From Bacteroidaceae bacterium (GTDB lineage Bacteria; Bacteroidota; Bacteroidia; Bacteroidales; Bacteroidaceae), in the NCBI GenBank assembly GCA_017552435.1, contig JAFZPZ010000004.1:4600-68599 (forward strand): DNA of 64,000 nucleotides, read 5' to 3'. Every line of letters starts with the position of its first letter. Position 1 is the stretch's first letter. The translations under genes were made by a program, and so were the position numbers. Of the stretch, positions 35,952-42,760 are shown one piece after another. The notes below the pieces were generated by a model. That model did no database searches. It was not told the DNA's origin and saw only the letters and a list, made by a program, of their open reading frames with translations.

Positions 35952-38648
35952 CTATTTCACCAGAATCTTTTTGCCATCTATGATGTATATGCCGGACCCC
36001 CCAGCCCCCTTTATTAGACGGCGGCCCTGAAGGTCAAAGCATTTACCATTACTCCCCCTAAAGGGGGTTGGGGGGTCTATGCCATTCGGGTCGTCCTTGA
36101 GCACAATCTCCAGCTTCTCCTGTGGACCCTTCGTGCCGCCTGGGTTATAAGGATCGTCCCAAGACACCTGCAAATAGGCTCGAAGAGCTCCGACAACAGA
36201 TTTCTCAGTGCCAAGTTCAGCTTTTAGGCAATCGGACGTGGAATCAATAATGTCAATATAGTAGTCTTCCCGGTTCTCTAATACCTTGCTGACGTAAGAG
36301 CCGATGAAGGAAACGCTCTTGATAGAAACGGTGTCGTTGCTTAATCCTGCCAAATCCAATGTGCTCGTGTCGATGCTGAAGTTTTTGTTCGGTATAATAA
36401 TATAAGGTATATGTGCTTGGGGCTGTAGCTCCTGCTCGAAGATAATCTGCCCGTCCTCGCATCTGTCAAGCCTATAGTACCATCCTTTCTCTGCATCGGG
36501 CGTAGTCGGCAAGATGATGGTCGCCATCTGACCAGCAGTAAAGACTACAGGCTCTTCAGTTATTACTTTTGTGCCATCTGCTGAATAAAGGATATACTCC
36601 AACTTTTTCCATTCCCAGTTTTTACATAAACGCCAAAGAATAGAAAAGCAGGCTCTTAAAGGACCAACATGAATACTAGACAAGCCTTCTTGGTTGTAAT
36701 AACAATCAGGTGTAGTATCAAGAATGAAATCGAGTGTGCTTTCTTTTAATCCATAATCTTTATTTTCTACATACCATCCGATGAAATAAACACCTTCTAT
36801 CGTAGCTGTATCTGGCCTTAACCCTGTTAAATCCAAAGTGCTGGGGTCGATGCTGAAGTCCTCGTTCGGTACGATGATGTAGGGCGTCCGGGCCTTGGGC
36901 TGAAGTTCCTGCTCGAAGGCAATCTTACCATCTTCCCATCGGTCAAGCCTAAAGTACATTCCTTTGCTCGCATCCGGCTCCGTCGGCAGAATTATCGTCG
37001 CCACCTGACCAGCAGTAAAGGTAACGGGTTGTTCTATTGCCTTGATGTTCCCGAAGCTGCTCCAGGGAGAGGACTTCTGGTACTTCTCCACTGAACCCTC
37101 GGGAACGTGGAGCGTGGCAACGGCGATGGGGGAATCCTTAAATGCGTTGTTTGCTGTTTGCGGAATGTTTTCTGCCAAACAATATACATCGGTCAGACTA
37201 CTGCATGCGTTGAAAGCGCTTCTGTCTATTTGTTTTATACCACTGGAAATAGTGACCGTTTTCAGACCGCTGCACATAGAAAAGGCTGCGAAGCCAATGC
37301 TTGTAACCTTGTTGGGAATGACAATGGATGTCAGACCCGTGCACCCTATAAAAGTCCATCTGCCAATGCTGGTCAAGTTTTCCGGAAGTGTAACAGACGT
37401 TAAATTTATGCAGTCGCCGAAAGCATGGTCACCGATGCTTTTCACTCCATCTGGAATTATAACGGATGTCAGACTGGTGCAGACTTTGAATACACTATCG
37501 CTAATGTCGGTTACACCATTAGGGATATTGATGGATGTCAGGCTGCGGCAACCACAGAAGGCATAACTGCCAATAGTTGTCACACTCTCAGGCAGCGTAA
37601 TGGATGCCAGATTTCTACAGCCATAAAAGGCATAGGTGTCGATGCACTTCATACTCTCGGGGATTGTGATGGAAACCAAACCCATGCAGTCGTTGAAAGC
37701 ATAGCCGGATATTTGGACAGTTCCATCTTCGATTGAGATTTCTGTGCCTTCCGGCATCCCGCCCTTATACCTATATGCAACTTTCCCTATATATACCAAA
37801 CCGTCTGGTTGGTTATCAAACCATGGCGTTCCATTGAACGCTTCGGCACCCACATGGGTCACGGTCTCGGGAAAGGTGACATCGGTCAGAGAGGAGCATT
37901 GAGAGAAGGCTCCAGTTCCAATGCTGGTCACGCTGGCCGGAAGAGTAACGGAGGCAATGCTACAGCCGTAGAAGGCACCGCCGCCTATAATCTTCACACC
38001 GTCTTCGATTGTGAGTGATGTCAGACTGCTGCAGCCCTTAAAGGCTCCATTGCCGATACTGGTCACACTGCCTGGTATGGTCACATCGGTCAGAGCCGTG
38101 CAACCCTCGAAGGCACTTCCCCCTATGGTGGTCACGCTCTTCGGAATATTCACTGAGGTCAGGCTGCTGCAATTCCTGAAGGCCCCTATGTCGATGTTGG
38201 CCACACCATCACCTAAAGTGACAGATGTCAAGCTTCTACAATTCAAGAAAGTATCAGGGCTGATGCTCTTCACATTGCCCGGAATGGTGGCAGAGACCAG
38301 ACTGCTGCAATCATAGAAAGCACTTTCGCCAAAGCTCGTCACACTCTCGGGTATGGTGACAGATAACAGGTTTTTGCAGTCAGCGAAAGCGTAGCTTCTG
38401 ATGCCTGTCACGCGGTAGGTCTTGCCATTGTATGTGATGGAAGCCGGCAATACTATATTGCCAGTATAGTTAGATATGTAAACTGCATTGTATTCATCGT
38501 ATTCCTGAAAGGTCACTTCAGCTTCGTCTCCCGAAAGGTTGTAGAAGATGCCGTCAACATAGGCATTGTATCCGATAACAATTTCACCGAATGCACTTGC
38601 CACCACCGGCAGCAATGCCGCAAAGATAAAGGAAAATAACTTTTTCAT
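35952..38648 (-). CDS. BspA-type leucine-rich-repeat surface protein with duplicated C-terminal module and T9SS CTD
   Basis: 898 aa. Signal peptide MKKLFSFIFAALLPVVASA. About 20 LRR_5-type repeats (..SLTSVTIPESVTSIGESAF..C.SL). Two 130-aa paralogous modules. The C-terminus is CFDLQGRRLIKGAGGSGIYIIDGKKILVK. Confidence 0.8.
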   Translation of the reverse strand: MKKLFSFIFAALLPVVASAFGEIVIGYNAYVDGIFYNLSGDEAEVTFQEYDEYNAVYISNYTGNIVLPASITYNGKTYRVTGIRSYAFADCKNLLSVTIPESVTSFGESAFYDCSSLVSATIPGNVKSISPDTFLNCRSLTSVTLGDGVANIDIGAFRNCSSLTSVNIPKSVTTIGGSAFEGCTALTDVTIPGSVTSIGNGAFKGCSSLTSLTIEDGVKIIGGGAFYGCSIASVTLPASVTSIGTGAFSQCSSLTDVTFPETVTHVGAEAFNGTPWFDNQPDGLVYIGKVAYRYKGGMPEGTEISIEDGTVQISGYAFNDCMGLVSITIPESMKCIDTYAFYGCRNLASITLPESVTTIGSYAFCGCRSLTSINIPNGVTDISDSVFKVCTSLTSVIIPDGVKSIGDHAFGDCINLTSVTLPENLTSIGRWTFIGCTGLTSIVIPNKVTSIGFAAFSMCSGLKTVTISSGIKQIDRSAFNACSSLTDVYCLAENIPQTANNAFKDSPIAVATLHVPEGSVEKYQKSSPWSSFGNIKAIEQPVTFTAGQVATIILPTEPDASKGMYFRLDRWEDGKIAFEQELQPKARTPYIIVPNEDFSIDPSTLDLTGLRPDTATIEGVYFIGWYVENKDYGLKESTLDFILDTTPDCYYNQEGLSSIHVGPLRACFSILWRLCKNWEWKKLEYILYSADGTKVITEEPVVFTAGQMATIILPTTPDAEKGWYYRLDRCEDGQIIFEQELQPQAHIPYIIIPNKNFSIDTSTLDLAGLSNDTVSIKSVSFIGSYVSKVLENREDYYIDIIDSTSDCLKAELGTEKSVVGALRAYLQVSWDDPYNPGGTKGPQEKLEIVLKDDPNGIDPPTPFRGSNGKCFDLQGRRLIKGAGGSGIYIIDGKKILVK
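36159..37034 (-). repeat. Intragenic tandem duplication (period 477 nt = 159 aa) in the LRR protein
   Basis: accagcagtaaag occurs at 36531 and at 37008. The protein segments VTFTAGQVATIILPTEPDASKGMYFRLDRWEDGKIAFEQELQP... and VVFTAGQMATIILPTTPDAEKGWYYRLDRCEDGQIIFEQELQP... align. Confidence 0.9.
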
Positions 38649-38697
38649 AATAGTATTGATTATAAGTTAATGAATATAGTTTTTACGATTCTGGCTG

Positions 38698-38705
38698 CAA
38701 AGTTA
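38698..38705 (-). promoter_or_regulatory. -7 promoter box (TAACTTTG) of the LRR gene, with -33 TTTG 20 nt upstream
   Basis: The minus strand reads TTTG-N20-TAACTTTGCAGC. The box lies 50 nt upstream of the ATG at 38648. Confidence 0.6.
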
Positions 38706-38737
38706 CGGGGTTTCCGCATTGCCTCCAAATAATTTCA

Positions 38738-38760
38738 CTCCCAAGTGCTCCCAACTTCTG
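38738..38760 (-). promoter_or_regulatory. Putative operator, left copy: CAGAAGTTGGGAGCACTTGGGAG (read on the minus strand)
   Basis: A tandem direct repeat of (A/C)(G/T)TTGGGAG with 10-nt register. It ends 8 nt upstream of the -33 TTTG of the LRR promoter. Confidence 0.55.
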
Positions 38761-38789
38761 AAAAAAATGATGTAATGTTTAGGGTTTGC

Positions 38790-38955
38790 TCCACCCATGC
38801 TCATGATTCAGTCCATTCATGATACATGATTCGATCCATTCATGCGCATGATTCTGTCCATTTATGATACATGATTCAATGCGTTCATGCTCATGGCTGA
38901 CTCCGTTCATGCTCATGGCTGGGTTCAATACTACGCATGAAACGTCTAATTCATG
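38790..38955. repeat. Degenerate tandem repeat, about 7 units of 22-23 bp (TCCATTCATGNNNCATGATTCNN)
   Basis: Units can be read consecutively: ccacccatgctcatgattcag / tccattcatgatacatgattcga / tccattcatgcgcatgattctg / tccatttatgatacatgattcaa / tgcgttcatgctcatggctgac / tccgttcatgctcatggctggg / ttcaatactacgcatgaaacgtc. Confidence 0.85.
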
Positions 38956-38974
38956 TGCTTTAGCCAAATTCTTA

Positions 38975-38997
38975 CAGAGTTGGGAGCAGTTGGGAGC
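38975..38997 (+). promoter_or_regulatory. Putative operator, right copy: CAGAGTTGGGAGCAGTTGGGAGC
   Basis: The same tandem direct repeat as at 38738-38760, in inverted orientation. It ends at 38996-38997, 8 nt (counted from GGGAG) upstream of the -33 TTTG of the regulator promoter. Confidence 0.55.
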
Positions 38998-39028
38998 GGA
39001 TATGTTTGTGTATTACATAGGAAAGGCG

Positions 39029-39036
39029 TAACTTTG
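39029..39036 (+). promoter_or_regulatory. -7 promoter box (TAACTTTG) of the TPR-HTH regulator gene, with -33 TTTG (39005-39008) 20 nt upstream
   Basis: TTTG-N20-TAACTTTGCAGC. The 14-mer CGTAACTTTGCAGC is identical to that of the LRR promoter. Confidence 0.6.
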
Positions 39037-39056
39037 CAGCGAATAAAACGAACACG

Positions 39057-39127
39057 GAAGTGTTGGAAGTTAAATTGGAAGTTATAACGGAAGTTAATTC
39101 GCTACGCTCATGGAAGTTAAAAAGGAC
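39057..39127 (+). repeat. Array of GGAAGT(T/G)(A/T) words in the regulator leader, running into the start codon
   Basis: GGAAGT starts at 39057, 39066, 39077, 39089 and 39112. The last copy overlaps ATGGAAGTTAAA. Confidence 0.85.
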
Positions 39128-40879
39128 AATACCATCTTTGCACTTATCTTTTCATTCTGCATCCTGATACTTTGCTCTTGCGGTAGCGACAAAGAGGAAC
39201 AGCAGTTGTTGGACAGCATTGAACAAACGTGGCAGCAGTGCGAGCGCTCCCTGTCGGAGGCCCAAACGCGCGCCGGAAGGTTGCAGGATTCTGTCCGGCA
39301 ATCCTCGGAGTATGTCCGACAGAAGTACAACCTGCTGACGATTCGCCTGCGCGACAAATGCGATGCTATTCCGTCCTCCCCCGATTCTGCCTTGCAGACC
39401 TTGGAATACTTTTCCGGCAGGAAGAATGCCATTGACCGAGAACGCGCCTACTATTATATGGGCAGTGCCTATCGCGACCTGAAAGACTACCCGAGGGCGG
39501 TGAATCATTTTCTCACAGCTGTTGATATTGCAAAACAAAGCAAGGCAGCAGATACGGTGATATGGCAAAACAGCCTCTCGCAATTAAGGTATCTCTACAT
39601 GCTCGGGCTCAATTATGAGGAGGAACTGAATGTAGCGCTGCAAGCGGTGGGGCTAGCAAAAGGAGGGGTGAATGACGACGGAGAGAGCGGACGAAACCTG
39701 GGATGCTACCTGATGGATGCGGCATCCGCGTATCATCACCTGAACGACACCCTCCATTGCCTCCAGTTCTGCGACCAGGCATACAAGGTGATCTGTGAGG
39801 AGGGCTTCCCGCCAAAGTATGGTCGCGTCCTGTCGTATATGATGGCTATCTATTCCAAGTACAATCATTACGAAAAGATTGACACTTTGTTACTGCAATT
39901 AAAGCAATTGCCGGAAAACCAGCGGCCAAATAACTATGAGATATGCTTGGCTAAGTTCCACGAATATGCATACAATACGGACTCGGCCATCTGTCATTAT
40001 CAAAACTATTATGACAAGGAGAAAAGTATAGCAGGAAGATATGAGGCTTCTGCCGGCCTGCAGCGGTGCTACTTGCAAAAGGGGAATCTCCTGCAAGCTG
40101 CACAGTGGGGGTGTCGATTATATGAGACAAACGACTCGATTATCGCCCAGCGGGCATTCGAGCAGACACAAAGAGCGAGGGTCGAATACATCTATCATCG
40201 TGACAAAGAGGCAGAAGAAGCCATCAAGCAGCGGGACGAAAGTATCATTTTCATCTCCACCGTATCGGTTCTCTCCCTGCTCAGTATCGTTCTTGGACTA
40301 GTGGCATTCTATAGTTTCAGGAGAAAGAAGTTCATGGAAGAAATCGTGGGCAAAGACCAGCTGCTTAAATCTAGAAAAGAAGAAATACTCTGGCGAACGC
40401 AAGAACTGGAGCAGAAGAAGCAGGAGATAGAGCAATTGAGCCAACAGTTGAACGATGCAGAACAGACAATAGCTGCATCTAAAGTCCAGTTTGAAAATAC
40501 CCTGAAGGATTTGGAGCAAAGGACGATGGTGAACAAGGAACTGACGCGCATCGCCCTCTTGAATAATGCGACAGACAAGGCGGAAGACATCATCGACTAT
40601 TTCCGCAAAGTCAGTCTGGGGCAGGCAATTCTGAAAGCGGGCTCGTGGAAAGAACTGATGGTAGCGATAGAAACCCTATACCCTGGATTTCTGGAAACAG
40701 TTCAGGAACGAATGCACGGACAATTGCGCGAACCCCTACTCTACACGATTTGCCTGATGAAAATTGGTCTGAAGCCCATACAGATAGCCCGGGTGATGGA
40801 TGCAAAGATACAGACGGTATGGAACCGCGTGAAACGGGCGGAGGAGATATGCGGCGACCTGCTGCGCTGGCAAAGCTGA
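39110..40879 (+). CDS. Membrane-spanning one-component regulator: signal/lipobox + TPR sensor + TM helix + coiled coil + C-terminal LuxR/GerE-like HTH
   Basis: 589 aa. N-terminus MEVKKDNTIFALIFSFCILILCSCGS. TPR-like repeats (YYYMGSAYRDLKDYPRAVNHFLTAVDIA...). TM helix IIFISTVSVLSLLSIVLGLVAFY at aa ~375-397. A heptad-rich segment (QELEQKKQEIEQLSQQLNDAEQTIA). The C-terminal LLYTICLMKIGLKPIQIARVMDAKIQTVWNRVKRAEE looks like a three-helix HTH. Confidence 0.6.
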   Translation: MEVKKDNTIFALIFSFCILILCSCGSDKEEQQLLDSIEQTWQQCERSLSEAQTRAGRLQDSVRQSSEYVRQKYNLLTIRLRDKCDAIPSSPDSALQTLEYFSGRKNAIDRERAYYYMGSAYRDLKDYPRAVNHFLTAVDIAKQSKAADTVIWQNSLSQLRYLYMLGLNYEEELNVALQAVGLAKGGVNDDGESGRNLGCYLMDAASAYHHLNDTLHCLQFCDQAYKVICEEGFPPKYGRVLSYMMAIYSKYNHYEKIDTLLLQLKQLPENQRPNNYEICLAKFHEYAYNTDSAICHYQNYYDKEKSIAGRYEASAGLQRCYLQKGNLLQAAQWGCRLYETNDSIIAQRAFEQTQRARVEYIYHRDKEAEEAIKQRDESIIFISTVSVLSLLSIVLGLVAFYSFRRKKFMEEIVGKDQLLKSRKEEILWRTQELEQKKQEIEQLSQQLNDAEQTIAASKVQFENTLKDLEQRTMVNKELTRIALLNNATDKAEDIIDYFRKVSLGQAILKAGSWKELMVAIETLYPGFLETVQERMHGQLREPLLYTICLMKIGLKPIQIARVMDAKIQTVWNRVKRAEEICGDLLRWQS

Positions 40880-40897
40880 AATGTGTCGAGGTACTTT

Positions 40898-42022
40898 TTA
40901 TGCCAATACCTCCTCGTAGATGCTATTCATTGCGGCAACGGCTTTTTCCATCGTGAAATTCTCGATGATGCGCTGCCTAGCTGCCTCGGCATAACGGAGG
41001 CGCAGGTCGTCGTCGGCTATCAGGGTATCGATGGCCTCTGCCAATCCCTTTACGTCATTCAACGGCACAACGATGCCTGTCTCCTTATCGACAGAAACCC
41101 AGTTGACACCGGAGCCCTCGATGGAATGACTGACGGGGGCACAGTTGCAGTACATCGCCTCGGCCAGTGCAATGCCGAAAGCCTCGGCTTTGGTGTTCGA
41201 CGGGAAGGCAAAGATATCGGCAGCATGGAGATACTGGCGCAAGGTATCGTCCAGAAGGCGACCCAGGAACTTCACGCGGTCTGAGCAGGGGATAGCTTTC
41301 AACTCGTTGTCGATAGGCCCCTTACCGCCAATCAGGATGACGCAATTGCCCTGGATGTAGGCATCCGCCTTGATGAGATTATCCAGTCCCTTGTAGGGAA
41401 TATGGCGTCCGCAGGTAAAGACTATCTTCTTGCCCTTGTAGCGCTCGCGAATCTGACGAATCTTCTTCCTATCACCGCTCTGAAGGTCGAAACGTTCGGT
41501 AATAAGGCCGTTCTGCGCAATGCGAACCTTGTCGAGATATCGCTGCAGGGGCTTGGAGTCGGGGATATAGTCGGGCGAAGTGGAGATGATGATGTCAGCC
41601 CGGCGGAGGATTGCAGCCTCGAAAGGCCTGATGAGATGGTACATCAGCCCTTTGGCCAAGATGTCGGAGTGCCAATGCAGCACGACCTTCGTCTCTTTGC
41701 CGACGCACGAGCAGACAAGCGGATAGACAAAGGGATTGGGGCAATGCACATGCACGGCATCGGGGCATTCCTGCCGCAGTACCTGGCGGAGAATCTTACG
41801 ATAGGAGAAGGCCACATCCTGACTCATAAACGAGAAGTTCACAGGTACGCGATAGACTTTCACGCCGTGTATATCTTCCTCGCTATACATGCCGTCGGTG
41901 GCAAAGCAGATGACCACATTGCGGTATGCCGTCATGCCCTCGGCCAGATACATGGCAACGGTCTCGATGCCGCCCAGGTCGGGATAGTAGTATTTGGAGA
42001 TATGAAGGATGGTCTTTGTCAT
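40898..42022 (-). CDS. Glycosyltransferase family 4 (GT-B)
   Basis: 374 aa. N-terminus MTKTILHISKYYYPDLGGIETV. The C-terminal EAFGIALAEAM motif corresponds to E-x7-E. Confidence 0.8.
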   Translation of the reverse strand: MTKTILHISKYYYPDLGGIETVAMYLAEGMTAYRNVVICFATDGMYSEEDIHGVKVYRVPVNFSFMSQDVAFSYRKILRQVLRQECPDAVHVHCPNPFVYPLVCSCVGKETKVVLHWHSDILAKGLMYHLIRPFEAAILRRADIIISTSPDYIPDSKPLQRYLDKVRIAQNGLITERFDLQSGDRKKIRQIRERYKGKKIVFTCGRHIPYKGLDNLIKADAYIQGNCVILIGGKGPIDNELKAIPCSDRVKFLGRLLDDTLRQYLHAADIFAFPSNTKAEAFGIALAEAMYCNCAPVSHSIEGSGVNWVSVDKETGIVVPLNDVKGLAEAIDTLIADDDLRLRYAEAARQRIIENFTMEKAVAAMNSIYEEVLA

Positions 42023-42037
42023 TTACTATTTAACGAT

Positions 42038-42754
42038 TTATATGGTCAGGAGGTGTCTGAGGATGGTCAGGCGGTAGCGGAGCTTGAACCAGAGTCCGTA
42101 TTTGCTTTTCTTTCCTGCAGTAGTCATGCTTTTGCCATGTTTACGGTACATGAGGAGCGGTTCCCAGACCAGGGCGAAGCGGAACTTGCGGTCTGCCACC
42201 ATAGCGAGCCAAAGGTCGTGGGCAATCTTGGTCTTCGGGAAAGGCAAGGCTGCCTCCAGGACACACCGACGCATAGCCATGCAGCATCCCAGGACCGTAC
42301 TCTTTACAGCGTTTCGCCAGGCATTGGTCGTCGCGTTCACAACATCGAAATAGGACGTTTCCAGTGTGTTCAACTCTGTATCGACGATGATGCAATCGTG
42401 CATCGCCATATCGGCATTCTCCAATGCCTGGAGCATTCTGTCAACTTTCCCTGGCAGCCAAATATCGTCCTGATCGGCAAGGAAGATAACGTCGCCCCGT
42501 GCATGCATCAGCGCATTCTCGAAGTTGTGCGTAGGCTTGTCGAGCGGAAATGTCGTTGTTATTTTTGTAGGGTCGTGATGCAGCACGCGAAGCCTCTCAT
42601 CGCCGTAAGACTGAATCAGCGCCAGGGTTCCATCTGAGGAATTGTCGTCGGAAATGACAACCTCGTCGTCCTTGCCTATCTGTGACAGGATGCTGTCCAG
42701 CTGCTGACGCAGGTACTTCTCTCCGTTATATGTTGCTATGCAGACAGAAATCAT
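42038..42754 (-). CDS. Glycosyltransferase family 2
   Basis: 238 aa. MISVCIATYNGEKYLRQQLDSILSQ, a DDNSSDGT block and a DQDD (DxD) motif. Confidence 0.8.
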   Translation of the reverse strand: MISVCIATYNGEKYLRQQLDSILSQIGKDDEVVISDDNSSDGTLALIQSYGDERLRVLHHDPTKITTTFPLDKPTHNFENALMHARGDVIFLADQDDIWLPGKVDRMLQALENADMAMHDCIIVDTELNTLETSYFDVVNATTNAWRNAVKSTVLGCCMAMRRCVLEAALPFPKTKIAHDLWLAMVADRKFRFALVWEPLLMYRKHGKSMTTAGKKSKYGLWFKLRYRLTILRHLLTI

Positions 42755-42760
42755 GTCGGT

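Noticed and set aside
35598-36030. Several 60-140-aa ORFs on both strands across the hairpin region (35598-36017, 35620-35826, 35649-35945, 35665-35868, 35845-36030).
   Set aside because: They mirror each other because they read through perfect palindromes. The sequences are Cys/Arg-rich and implausible, and they have no promoter or start context.
38790-38955. CRISPR array or type III toxin-antitoxin RNA repeat.
   Set aside because: The units are contiguous with no spacers, degenerate, and only 22-23 bp long. No cas genes or ToxN-like gene are adjacent.
38779-38967. 62-aa minus-strand ORF (MAKAHELDVSCVVLNPAMSMNGVSHEHERIESCIINGQNHAHEW...) in the divergent promoter region.
   Set aside because: Its periodic sequence is simply the 22-bp tandem repeat translated. 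It has no promoter box and lies between two promoters that fire outward.
38738-38997. Invertible promoter (inverton) hypothesis: imperfect inverted repeats flank a ~215-bp segment upstream of a surface-protein gene.
   Set aside because: Both -33/-7 promoter pairs lie outside the inverted repeats, so inversion would not switch either gene. Each arm is internally a direct repeat positioned identically relative to its own promoter, which fits an operator better. No invertase gene is nearby.

This is not fully excluded. Long-read orientation counts would settle it.
41402-42637. 411-aa ORF antisense to the GT4/GT2 genes. Others lie at 43509-44399, 57428-58309, 59889-61127 and 62046-62828.
   Set aside because: These are antisense shadow ORFs of confidently called genes (glycosyltransferases, PBP1A, glyA, P-loop protein). 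Their composition is atypical for real proteins.
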